Assembly (NCBI RefSeq): GCF_009914755.1
Contig: NC_060930.1
Source of the DNA: the human T2T-CHM13v2.0 reference genome, Homo sapiens
Strand: one strand, 5' to 3'
Length of the DNA: 64,000 nucleotides
The position numbers and the translations under genes are program-made. Below are positions 13,540 to 26,384 of this stretch, one piece after another. The notes beneath the pieces are model-generated. The model was not told the origin of the DNA, searched no databases, and saw only the letters and a program-made list of their open reading frames with translations. Each line of letters opens with the position of its first letter. Positions within the stretch are counted from its first letter, which is position 1.

Positions 13540-15270
13540 CTATCAATGCCCTCTGGAATTTACTCAGGAAATAGAGGTCATCAGAAAAGTATTTCTACAG
13601 CTTCTCATCAGCAAGTATTACAAAATCCTACATATATTTTTCTTTACTATTCAACCATTTCTCTCTTATAGTGTATGAACTTTCCATGTTCCTAAGACTG
13701 TAATTTGAATTGTATGTTTGATCCCATTATCTCACTGCTTCTTAAAGGCTTTGATTCCAGAATTATTTTTTCTCTCACCATCATCCTCACCATCACATTT
13801 TTTCCCTATGGTATATTTCCCATTCATGTAGAAGAATGTGTAATAGTGCCATCATAAAACAACAAAACCTTTTCTTGACCCCATGTCCTGCCAGATATAG
13901 CCATCTGCTCCTTTTTACAGCAAATTTCTCAGAATGATGGCTTTACTCTCTTACCTACTTCTCCTGCCAGTCTCTTTTGGATCCAGTTAATTTTATTTTC
14001 CTACCACTCCACTAAAAAGGCTCTTATTAACCTCCCTGATGACTTCCAAATTGACAAATTCCAAAGGTATCTGTAGTCTACATCTTATTGTAACTCACAG
14101 CTGGGACACAATTGATCCCTTCCTTCTCCTTGAAGCACTTTCTTCCCTTAGTTTTGGTGACATCACCCACACTCCTGGGCTCAAGTGATCCTCCTGCCTT
14201 GGCTTCCCAAAGTACTGGGATTATAGAAGTGAGTCTCCACCATACCTGGCCCCTCCTGCCTTTCTTAACCACTGAAGCTTGCAATGCTTCATAACTCTGC
14301 TCTTGCACATCTTCTCTTCCACATCCACATTCCTTTCCTAGATGGTCTTTTCTAATTACATGGGTTTAACAATCATAGATATGCATATAATATCCAAAAC
14401 TGTATCTGTAGCCCTGAATTTTCTTCTGATCTCCAGGCTCATACATCTAATCTGCAGTTGGATTTTTAAGAGACAACTCAAATTTAACTTTGGAAATTGA
14501 ACTCATAATTTTTCCCATCCCCTAAACATTTGGTTTCCCAAGAAGTGGCATTAGCATACTTTCTGTTCCTCATGCCAAAATCCTTGGAATCAATCTTGAT
14601 TCCTCTTCTTATTTCACAGCTCATATCCATTCCTTTGTTCAGAATCTTCCGGTTCTACTTTTAGAATATGTTGTAAATACAAACCTTTCTGTTAGTAGCT
14701 GTGTAATCCTTTCTCAAATCTTAAGTTTCATCATGGTATTTCATTTCTCAAAACCATCCAATGACTTCCCTCAGCACTAGGAATAATATTCTAAGTATTT
14801 ACAGTAGCTGATAAAGCCTCAATGAGTTTTTAACTCATAGTCAGTTTGTCACTTAATGCCTAGAAATGCCATTATGCTTCTGTCCTGACCATTTTTCCTT
14901 CATTCTCCCCTTCCTCACTCAACCGCACCCATACAGACCTCTTTGCTATCCTTAGAACATTTCTATGCAGGTGTGATCTTCAGGTTCCTGCTTCCTTTCT
15001 CCTTGCTTTTTCCCCTTCCCAGAATGATTGTCCCCCAAAATAATCACAAGGCTCTCTGCTCCCTTATTCCATTTAGGTCTCTGCTCAAAAGTTTTTCCCC
15101 ATTCACAATGGACAATGTAAAGTAGCAGTCCAGTTTTTCTCTATTTCCTTCATTACTTCACTTTTCTTCGAGGGTCTTTTCCCCCAAAGACAATATTATA
15201 TAGCTATGTTTTTAGAGCTTGCCACCTCTTGTGGAATGTTAGCTCTGTATCCTACTGGGTCCTTTGTTTA
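13540..15270 (+). mobile_element. Long L2 (L2a-like) ORF2/3' region
   Basis: ctcctttttacagcaaatttctc, ctaccactccactaaa, aaaatccttggaatcaatcttgattcctc, aggtctctgctcaaa. Confidence 0.8.
14168..14251 (-). mobile_element. FLAM/AluJ 5' fragment inside the L2
   Basis: actcctgggctcaagtgatcctcctgccttggcttcccaaagtactgggattat. Confidence 0.85.
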
Positions 15271-15669
15271 CTCACTGATGTAATGCAATGCAGACGACTT
15301 CATGCAGGTGGGTGAAGCATGAGCATAGATGCAAATCATAAAAATGGAAATACCAAATTACCATCATTTGGTGAATTACAGAAAAGATAGGTTTCCTTTA
15401 AAATTTTTATAGCTTGATGAAGAATTTGCTGCTGTGCAATAGATCCATTACCTGAGTGTCGTGGTTTATTTATAGCTCTTTATGTGATTTCAATGATCTT
15501 ATTACTTTGCTGATAGTTTTTTCTTTTTCTTTTTTTCTTCTGGAAGGTAGAAGGCTTTGTCTCCATTCTCCTTGTCCCGGGCCATCATGAGTCACTTAAA
15601 ATAATCCCTCTTATAACTTAGCAAACTGTCAAAGCAGTATATAACAAGGATGTTAAAAAATTCTCGTCA

Positions 15670-17562
15670 GTTTTCTGTACCTAGAAAACCCCATAGTCTC
15701 TGACCAAAATCAGTGTACAAAAATCAATAGCGTTTCTATAAACTAATAATATCCAAGCTGAGAACCAAATAAAAAATTCAGTCCCATTCACAATGGACAC
15801 AGAAAGAATAGAATACCTAGGGATATGACTAACTAGGGATGTGAAAGATCTGTACAAACAGAATTACAAAACACTGCTGAATGAAATTGGAGATGACATA
15901 AACAAATGGAAAAACACTCCATCCTCATGGATGGGAAGGATCAGTACTGTTAAAAAGCAATTTACTCTATTTCTATCAAACTACCCAAAGACATTTTCCA
16001 CAGAATTAGAAAAAAATTGTTCTAAAATGTACACAGAGCCAAAAAAGAGCCCCAAATAGCCAAAGCAAAGAAGAACAAAGCAGGAAAAAAATCACATTAC
16101 ACAACTTCAAACTATACTACAAGGCTATGGAAACTAAAACTTCATGGTACTCGTAAAAAAATAGACACAGGCCAATTGAACATGTTAGAGAATGTGAAAA
16201 TAAAGCCACATAACTACAAACACCTGATCTTCAACAAAGTTAATCATATCAAGTAATGGAGAAAGGGCTCCCTATTCTGTAAATGGTGCTGGGGTAACTG
16301 GCTAGCTACATGAAGAAAATTAAAACTACACTGTTTCCTTTCACCATATACAAAAATCAACTCAAGATGGATTAAACACTTACATGAAAACCTAAAACTA
16401 TAAAAACTTTGGAAGACAAGGTAGGAAATACCATTCTGGATATAGGACCGGACTCAAACAGCAATTGCAAGAAAAACAAAAAATTGACAATTGGTACTAA
16501 CTAAAGAGCTCTGCCCAGCACACATAGTCACACACACACACACACAATCAACAGAGTAAATATACAACCTACAGAAGGGGAGAAAATATTTCCACACTAT
16601 GCATCTGACAAAGGTCTAATATCCAGAATCTATAAAGAACATAAACAACTGAACATGCAAAAAAGAAAAAACATTAAAAATGGGCAAAAGACATTAATAG
16701 AGACTTTTCGAAAGAAGACATACATATGTCCATTAAACATATGAAAAGATGCTCAACATCACTAATCATTAGATAATTGCAATTCCACACCACAATGGGA
16801 TACCATTTCAGTATCAGAAGGGCTATTGTTAAAAAGTCAAAAAGTAACAGCTGCTGGTGAGGTTGAAGAGAAAAGGGAACACTTATTCACTGCTACTGGG
16901 AATGTAAATTGATTCAGCCACTGTAGAAAACAGTCTGGAGATTTCTCAAAAAACTTAAAACAGAACTGTCATTTGACCCAGCAATCCCATTACTGAGTAT
17001 ACACCCCAAGGAATATAAATCATTCTACCACAAAGACATATGCATGTGTATGTGCATTCACGATAGCAAAGACATGAAATCAACCTAGATGCCCAACAGC
17101 AGTGGACTGGATAAAGAAAATATGGTTTATACATACCATGGAATACTATGCAGCTATAACAAAAATTAGATCATGTCCTTTGCAGCAACATGGATGGACT
17201 TGGAGGCCATTATCCTAAGCAAACTAATGTAGTAACAGAAAAACCAAATACCACATGTTCTCACTTGTAAGTGGGAGAAAAATATTGAGTTCACATGGAG
17301 ACAAAGAAGTGAACAACACACACTGAGGTCTACTTGAGGGTGCAGGGTGGAAGGAGGGAAGGATGGAAAAAATACCTAAGGGGTACTATGTTCACTACTT
17401 AGGTAACAGAGTGATCTGTAAACTGAACCCCCACAACACAAAATCCACCCATGTAATAAACCTGCACATGTACCCTGTTAACCAAAAAGCTGGAAATTTA
17501 AAAAATAGTATTTACTGAGAAAAATTAAACTATAAAAAATATTGAGATTGGAAGGAAAAAGA
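15670..17562 (+). mobile_element. 5'-truncated L1PA15/16-like element with TSD
   Basis: ORF2 3' half and 3' UTR (gggtactatgttcactac...aacctgcacatgtacc); TSD aaaaaattctc(g/a)tca at 15655-15669 and 17563-17577. Confidence 0.9.
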
Positions 17563-18103
17563 AAAAAATTCTCATCATTTGATCCTTTTGTGTGCTAGGC
17601 CTTTCCCTGAGGTAAAATATTTCATTAGGAAATTTTGTAAGATTTGTTACCTAATCAGTAATCCTCTAATTCGCTGTGATCTTTTCCAGATGATAAAAAA
17701 AATTAAAACGATTTTTCAACACTTTTTAAAGAGCTTTTTTTTGTCCTACCTCCTTCTAACTTACTCTTTAAATGTGCCAATTTACCCAAGAATGTTTCTG
17801 AGTATATCACAAATGTTTTCCGTTTCATCAATTGTTTTTGTCATTATTTATATGTTACAAAAGAATCCTACTCACTTTTTCTGAGCCTTCGTTTAACATA
17901 CGTCTCACATACCTGCTATCCTCATAGTAACTTTTTAACACACAGCCAATTTGTCACTTAGTGCCTAGAAATGGTGTTATGCTTCCACAAAGATGAGTCT
18001 ATGCCATTCTTTCACAACTCCACAGTGAATAATATAAATACAAAACTGTCCTTTGCAGTGCTTTTACGTTTAAATGGCTTTCTTGAGTTCCCTCTGAATA
18101 TGA

Positions 18104-18421
<318 letters not shown>

Positions 18422-18677
18422 ACATTTCACTTTCAATATGCCTAGACCTCTGATAAAATCAAACTTGCACACACTATTTGTAAACTATTTACGTAAAACA
18501 AAAACACATAACTTTAGAACTAGGCTTTAAACTTGCAGAAAACAATCATTCAATGGCTTCAAATTAGCATTTTTCCCATTACCCATTTCTCTTCCCCCAT
18601 TTAGAAAGTGTAGTTCTGTGCTTCGTGCATTTGAGATTGAAATCTGGCACTAAGACTTGTTCTTATAACGGCAAATA

Positions 18678-18691
18678 GTTTCCATGGAAAC
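18678..18691. promoter_or_regulatory. Perfect palindromic RFX X-box motif GTTTCCATGGAAAC
   Basis: Exact 14-bp palindrome matching GTYNCC-AT-GGNAAC in non-repeat sequence; motif only, no functional evidence. Confidence 0.4.
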
Positions 18692-19394
18692 ACAGCATGG
18701 CTTCTCAAATGTCAGCTTCTCAAACTCTCACTTGCAGTTGATGTAGGATCCTTCACTGAAGTGTGACCATCTCTTCCACCTCTGTGAAGTAGGTAGGGAA
18801 TGCTGGAACAGGAAGAACCATCAAGGCCAAACTATAGAGTTAAATAGAATGTCCACATCTAAAAATATGAGGAAAACCCATCAATTAAAAATTGGTGTTT
18901 TAAGAAGGAATAATTGGCCTCCTGCATACTAATCAAAAATCAGTGCAAGGAAAAAAACACAGGAAGCATATTGAGTTCCTTTTTCAGAGAATATATTAAA
19001 ATAGCTGTCCCCTGCATCTTCCATTGCTCTCAAATCTATTTACATAGCAAAGCCTCTATGCTCCTCCCAGAGTTTAGGAGGCCTGGCCAAGCACTGGGGT
19101 CAAAATGTGTAAAATGGGCATTGACAGAGTAGACAGGGATGTGGGCATTTTGCCCAGTGGACCTCACACTCTGAGCAGGACCCCTGTATTGCAGGAAGGT
19201 TGGCAAGTGTTAAGCTGAGCCTGGGGCCTCACTCTTCCTGGACAATACCATTGGAAAGAAACTCAAACACAGGGCTGTTTCGAGTAAAGAAAAGGGGGAT
19301 GATTGGTTTGACATTCTGTACATCTGGATTTATTTTCATGAGCACAGCTAAATGCTTCCTGCTGGGGCATCAGACCATGAAGTGAGTCTTTGCC

Positions 19395-21708
19395 TGATAT
19401 GGTTTGGCTGTGTCCCCACCCAAATCTCATCTTGAATTGTAACTCCCACAAGGCCCATGTGTCATGGGGGGAACCCAGTGGGAAGTGATTATTATGGGGG
19501 CAGGTCCTTCCTGTGCTGTTCTCATGATAGTGAATGAGTTCATGAGATCTGATGGTTTTAAAAATGGGAGTTTCCCCGTGCAAGATCTTTTTGCTTACTG
19601 CCACCCATGTAAGACATGATTTGCTCCTCATTGCCTTCTGTCAAGATTGTGATGCCTCCCCAGCCATGTGGAACTATAAGTCCATTATGTCTTTCTTTTG
19701 TAAATTGCCCAGTCTCAGATATGCTTTTATCAGCAGTGTGAAAATGGACTAATATAATAAATTCGTACAGTAGAGTGGGACTCTGCTGTAGATACCCAAA
19801 ACTGTGGAAGTAACTTTGGAACTGGGAAACAGGCAAGGGTTGGAACAGTTTGGAGGGATCAGAAGACAGGAAAATGTGGGAAAATTTGAAACTTCACAGA
19901 AACTTGTTGAATGGCATTGCCCAAAATTCTGACAGTGATATGGACAATAAAGTCCAGGCTGAAGTGGTTTCAGATGGAAATGAGCAACTTGTTGGGAACT
20001 GGAGCAAAGGTGACTCTTGTTATGTTTTATCAAAGAGACTGGCAGCATTTAGCCTCTGCCCTAGAGATTTGTGGAACTTTGGACTTGAGAGAGACAACTT
20101 AGGGTATCTACTGGAAGAAATTTTTAAGCGACAAAGCATTCAAGATGTGACATGGGTGCTGTTAAAGACATTCTGTTTTAAAGGAGAAATGGCATAAAAG
20201 TTCAGAAAATTTGTAGCCTGACAAATCAGTAGCTACAAATTTCTCCTCAGAAAATCCCATTTTCTGAGGAGAAATTCAAGCCAGCTGCAACAACTTGCAT
20301 AAGTAATGAGGAGCCGAATGTTAATCCCCAAGACAACAGGGAAAATGTCTCCAGGACATGTCAGAGGTTTTCATGGCAGTCCCTCCCAACACAGGCCTGG
20401 AGGCCTAGAAGAAAAATACGGTTTCATGTGCGGGGCCCAGGGTCCCTGTGCTGTGTGCAGTCAGGGGATTTGGTGCCCTGCAGCCAAGCTGTTCCAGCTG
20501 TGAGTAAAAGGGGCCAAGGTACAGCTTAGGCTGTGAGGATGCAAGCCCCAAGCCTTGGCAGCTTCCATGTGGTGTTGAGCCTGAAGGTGCACAGAAGTCA
20601 AGAACTGAGGTTTGGGAACCTCCACCTAGATTTCAGAAGATGTATGGAAATGCCTGGATGTTCAGGCAGAAGTTTGCTGCACGGGCAGGGATCTCATGGA
20701 TAACTTCTGCCAGGGCAGTGCAGAAGAGAAATGTGGGGTCAGAGCCCCCACACAGAGTCCCTACTGGGCTGCTGCCTAGTGGAACTGTGAGAAGAGGGCC
20801 ACTATCTATCTTCCAGACCCCAGGATGGTAGATCTACCTATAGCTTGCACTGTGCACCTGGAAAAGCCACATACACTCAACACCAGCCCGTGAAAGCAGC
20901 TGAGAGGGAGGTGGCACCCTGCAAAGACACAAGAATGGAGCTGCCCAAGACCATAGGAACCCACCTCTTGCATCAGTGTGACCTGGATGTGAGATATGGA
21001 GTGAAAGGAGATCATTTTGGAGCTTTAAGATTAGACTGCCCCACTGGATTTCAGACTTGCATGGGCCATGTAGCCACTTTTGTTTTGGCCAATTTCTCCC
21101 ATTTGGAATGGCTATATTTACCCAATACCTGTACTCCCATTATATCTAGGAAGTAACTAACTTGCTCTTAATTTTACAGGCTCATAAGCACAAGGGTCTT
21201 GCCTTGTCTCAGATGAGACCTTGGACTGTGGACTTTTGAGTTAATGCTGAATTGAGTTAAGACTTTAGGGGAACTGTTGGGAAGGCTTAATTGGTTTTGA
21301 AATGTGATGACATGAGGTTTGGGAGGGGCCAGGGCAGAATGATATGTTTTGGCTGTGTCCCCACCCAAATCTCATCTTGACTTGTAACTCCCATAATTCC
21401 CATGTGTCATGGGAGGAACCTGGTGGGAGGTGATTAAATTATGGGGGAGGATCTGTCCTGTACTGTTCTTGTGATAGTGAATAAGTCTCACAAGATCTGT
21501 CAGTTTTAAATACAGGAGTTTTCCTGCACAAGCTCTCTTTTTGCCTGCTGCCATCCATGTAAGATGTGACTTGCTCCTCCTTGCCTACCACCATGATTGT
21601 GAGGCCTCCCCAGCCATGTGGAACTGTAAATCCATTAAACCTCTTTCTTTTGTAAATTGCCCATTCTTGGTTATGTCTTTATCAGCAATGTGAAAACAAA
21701 CTGATACA
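19395..21708 (+). mobile_element. Complete THE1A MaLR: 5' LTR 19395-19756, internal 19757-21339, 3' LTR 21340-21708
   Basis: Both LTRs begin tgatatg(g/t)tttggctgtgtccccacccaaatctc; THE1A-type tttgtaaattgccc; internal starts taaattcgtacagtagagtggg and ends gggaggggccagggcagaa. Confidence 0.95.
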
Positions 21709-22439
21709 CTCCCCCATTTCTTCTTGCCATCGAGTTACTGTACTGTTTTCTCAGATGGATCTGCTACAGTCCTTGCTGACTTCACACCTTCAATATGTCT
21801 GCTTCCCTCATCACAATGTTATGTGAATGACAAGGAGTAAATCAGTGGCTCCACCAATACAGGTGTATGCTAGCCTGTAGGATCCCCCCTGCAGATCTTT
21901 CACAGGATTTAGATAGATATAAGAAAGTCATTTGGGGCTTTCCTCTCTATCAATTCCAAAACAGGCAAAGAAGAAAAATATTAGCGTATTCATGTCACTG
22001 CAGCCAGAATTCTGGTAGTAAAATTAAGCAGAAAATTGAGGCCATGAATTCAAATAACCATAAGCAAAATAGGCTTTTGATTAAAGTACATTGTAAAATC
22101 TTGTTTGGGGAGTTTCTGTGAACATTCCTTAAGCCTGAAATTTACCTTCTTTATTTTGATTGTTGATTTCTTCATGTTAAAGAAAGACTTAAAATAACTA
22201 TGAGGACTGGTCAATAACTTTAAAAGTTTTGTTTTATTTTCCCCCATTCTGGGACTCTCATTGATCAAACTTTGGCCTAAGATACTACATTAGTTGGCTA
22301 GAGAATAGCCCTAGTCTTTCTCCTCCTTCCCTTTTTCTTTCTCCTTCTCTTCCTTTTCTTTCTTTGTTTCCTCCTCTTCTTCATCATTTGCATTCCTCCA
22401 CCCTACGTTTCCCCCTCATCTTTCCAAATCTTTTTGGTA

Positions 22440-24160
22440 ACTGTCACCTTGTTTTTTTTAAACTTAGTTTTATTTTTAAGTTTGCGTATGATTTAAAGAA
22501 TTAAATAGTTCTATGAATTATTTTATGAAAAAACTGTATTCCCTTCCTACCCAGTTTCCTTTACACTATAAACAACCACTCTTAAATCTTTAAGTTGATT
22601 CTCTTTGAATTTACTTTTATATCTCTAAGTAGCATGTTAATATTGACACTTGTTAATTTTATCAGTTTTAGGCATTATTAGTTTACTCTTATTATGGACC
22701 ATTGTTTAGCGTTCACTCTCCACGTTTTCATCCACTCCTGCATGCTTCCTGTTTATTGAAATTTTGAGTGAACTTCTGCAGCATTTTGTAAAAAATTGCT
22801 CGGCTTTTGGTTTCCAGTGTTACTTTTGAAAAGTTCAATATTAATTTTGCTGTTTCTATGAAATCTGGTTTTGTTTTTGTTTTGGGTCGCTGTTGTTGTT
22901 GTTTTTTGTTGTTCCACTTCTAGAAGCTGATAAGATGGTTTTTATCCCCAGTCTTCTGAGATTTCACAATCACATGTCTTGGTGTTGGTTATTTCATTCA
23001 TTGTGCTAAACTTTCTGTGATCCATTTCAAAAGGAAATGACATATTCTCAGTTCTATAATTGATTTTTGATTTATTTCTTTCATGATTTTCTTCTTCGTT
23101 GTTTTTTACACTATGCTTATGCTGTATTCTTTCTGTTCTCCCTTTCTAGAAACTCTTACTATTTTGATGTGGTAACTCCTGGACTTTCTAATTTTAATAT
23201 CTTTTGTTCTTTACATCTTTTAGCCCTTTTGCTCTGTATCTTAATATATGCCCTAAATTTTAACTTCTCATCTTTTCCTTGAAATTTTATTTTCTTCTGT
23301 ATACTTTTTAATTTTTAAGAAATGTTTCTTCCTCCAAACACTCCTTTTTTAATAGCATCCTATTCTGGCCTAGTGGATGCTATATAATTTTTATGTCTCT
23401 GGAGAGGTTAGAACTAGTCATTTTGAAGGTATTTTTCTCATCATGTAGTATTTCCTCCAAGTTACCTTTTTACTCTGTTTTTAGTGTTTGTTTTGGCCTC
23501 TGTACTTCATGTCAAGTGCACTCCTCAAATGTCAGGTTACCCTTGAAAGAATTGAAGATTATTTCTTTCAATTTCTTGCCTGGCTGCTAATTTGCCAGGG
23601 GCCAAGTGAGAAAAAAACTTTGGGGACTCAATAATACGTGTATTTTACTTACTTCTTTTCTTTATGGACTCCAATCTTCTGCTTGGCCTGTTTTCCTCCA
23701 GTCCAGAAACCCTTAGTTTGACCCAATACAGAAACTTAGAACCTTAATCCCTTTCTGGATAGAGCAGGAGCATTACATACCTGCAAGAATAGGGTACGTG
23801 AAGGTCTACTGCACCTCACAAAGATTTTTTTCAGCAGCCATTTACTGTCCTACCTTTTGCCCACTTCCAAGGGTAACTATTAAAGTAATTCTGGAGCCTT
23901 TTATAGGTTCCAAGGTATAAATATGATTGTTTCTCTGTTTTGCTCACTGTTGCCTTAGGGTTCAGTCTTCTTGGGTGGACCCAATCAGTCATCCTTCCTA
24001 TTTCAGCTTTCCAGCTTTTACATTTTTTTGCCATTGTGTCTTCTTCCATCTCTTTGTCCTTGTTATTTTTTACCTCGTGAACATTTTTTTCCAGGTGTCA
24101 CTAATAGTATTTAAGGAAAGAGTAGAATAAAATATATACATCCAACATGCCATCACTGGT
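22440..24160 (-). mobile_element. HAL1 / old L1 ORF1-type remnant
   Basis: tccagtgttacttttgaaaag, ctagaagctgataagat...ttctgagatttcacaat...tcattcattgtgct resemble recalled HAL1. Confidence 0.6.
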
Positions 24161-24375
24161 AGTTTTCTTTATATCTCACTGCTACTATATATGAATCTAG
24201 TAACTTATGTTACTAGTTATAAGATTAAAAGATACATAACTACATGACTTGAAGAAAGGGCGGAGAGACATCAGGGAGATGACGGGTCAACCAGCTGCAG
24301 AGAGGAGCTGCCCACCACAGGTGGCAGCTTATATGACTTATGTTTTAACTGGAAAAGCACATGAAGATCTGATAC

Positions 24376-26384
24376 TGTTACGGGATCTTTGGGGTGTTGC
24401 TTTCCTGGTTGGAAAACTCTGTGGCTAGTGGCACCTTTGCTCAAGTTTTTCTTAGGCCCACTGGCCTCATGCTGCCCTCTCAGCCTGGCAGACTACACTT
24501 GGGCTCACACTACTAGCTTGGATCCCACACCTCCAAGGGAGACTGTGAGTCAGGCATGGAGCAGTGAGGGATGTGTGAGCAAGTGTGGGGTCAGGCCACT
24601 GTGCACAGTTAGGTGTGCCGGCTACTGTCATGGATTGGGCAGCTCCAAGTGTTGGTACAGATGCCAGCTCTCTGAGAGGCTGCAGCTGAACCAGGGGCAC
24701 CATAAGCAGCTTCCCCAGCTGGCACCAGAGATTGTGGTGGTGCCTAGAAGTTTGGAGATACCAGGAACCACAGGGTCCCAAAGAGGGAGTCACGGCCTTT
24801 GTTTGGGGAGCTCCTATGTCTGGGATCCCTGAAGGGCCACAGCTCTTCTCTCCTTCTTTTTCCCTGAAATGTGGTGAGCAAGAGATATGTTTCAGTCCTA
24901 TTTGTGTTACAATTCTTTTAGCCTGTCCATTCAATGGGCCCCGAGTTCTTCTCCTGCATCTAGGAAGAATGAGGTACATGGACAAGTGGAGGTTGAGCAA
25001 GACAAAGAGGAGCTTTATTGAGCAATAGAAGAGCTCAGAGGAGGCCTGCAGTGAGCAGCTCCTCTCCATAGCCAGGGTGTCCCGACAAGTGGTCAACTAT
25101 GGGTTGGCAGGTCATCCTGATGAGAGTTCATCTTTCACCAGAGAGGGTAGTTCCTCTCTGCAGCTAGTCGTACCATTGTCTCCTCAGCTCTCAGCAGACA
25201 GGAGAACCTGGGGCGGGCAGCTCCTCTCTGCAGCTGGTTGACCTGTCGTCTCCCTGACCTCTCTCTGCCCTTTCTTCAAGTTAGGCTGAGTCCAGGGTTT
25301 TTATGGATCTCAGAGGGGAGGAAATGTGTGCTGATTGGTCCATGGGAGGCCATGCGTGGGCCCAGGGAAAAGCACCACACATTCCCACTCCAGTCCAGAG
25401 GACTGGCTCCCTGGCCCCCAGCCTTCAGGCTTGAAGGTAGGGCTTCACTGGGTACCCACTTCCTTCTACCCAGGAGCCTGTCTGCCTCCTGCCAGCATTT
25501 ATGGCACGCAGGCTGTTCACGTCAGGAGCACCTGCAGTCCAGCTCCAGGCTGTCCTCAGTCCTTCCTACCTCAGCCTCCCTCCCATGCTCGTTGGTGCCC
25601 AAAGTCTGGAGTGGGCTAAGGAAGCAGGGGGCTGGCATGCCAGCAGTGCCCCAAGCGTGCACACACCCGACCTGGCTGTGATAGCACCCAGGCCCATACT
25701 TGCTCTGAGATCAGAGCAGACAAGAGGAGCAGGGAGAGGCCAGGCAGTGGAAGCAGACACTTCTGAGCCTGTGCGGGGCAGAGGGCCTCCGTAGATCCCT
25801 AAGAGTGCAAAGATGCCTGGGTCCACAGCGGTGGCACAGAGGCTGCCACTGCACCTGGCGAGCTTTCACCCTGCCAACTCGAAAGGGGCAGGGCTCTCAC
25901 TTGTCCCTGGCTCCTGACAGCTCTGTGGAGCGTGCAACCCAAACCATGCCTCCTCGTAGCCTAAGGTGGGGGCTCCAGGTCCTCACTGGGTCCCTCTCTG
26001 CCTACTCCTCCGTGCCTGACCACACTGCTTTCCTGCCAAGAGCAATGCGCTGGCTACCAGGGCAGCGGTCTCTGGCAGGCTGCTCCCAGGGTCAGGCTCT
26101 GAGGACTACCCGCCTCCTCTCCATGTTTACCCTGCAGCATACAGCGGGGGAGAGCGGTGATGCGGTACCAGGGTTCAGAGTGGCAGAGGCTCTGGGCCTG
26201 GGAGTGGGTCCTGCTCAACCATGCGAGAGTGGGGGTGGTGTAGTCGCTTGCCTCAGGGATGCAGGGCACAGGGCACTGTTACCACTGCTGCTCCAGCAGC
26301 CACTCCTGCCGCCAACAACCTTGCCTCCCAGCTGCAGCTGGTGTGATGGCAGCGACCGCTCTAGACAGACCACCGCTGCCATCA
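24376..26384 (-). mobile_element. MER52-family (ERV1) long solo LTR inserted in a MIR
   Basis: Minus strand begins tgatggcagcggtggtctgtctag and ends ...cccgtaaca; minus-strand AATAAA near 25014-25019; 4-bp TSD atac/atat. Confidence 0.85.

Noticed and set aside
19850-21156. ORFs in THE1A internal sequence
   Set aside because: Fragmented remnants of the MaLR internal ORF with stops and frameshifts; not a domesticated gene.
19650-21620. PRDM9 hotspot motif in the THE1A LTRs
   Set aside because: Both LTRs read CCTCCCCAGCCAT, the consensus form, not the hotspot-associated CCTCCCTAGCCAC.
19390-21713. THE1A TSD mismatch (ttgcc vs ctccc) as evidence of inter-element recombination
   Set aside because: 3/5 identity is compatible with decay given how diverged the two LTRs are; both are the same subfamily.
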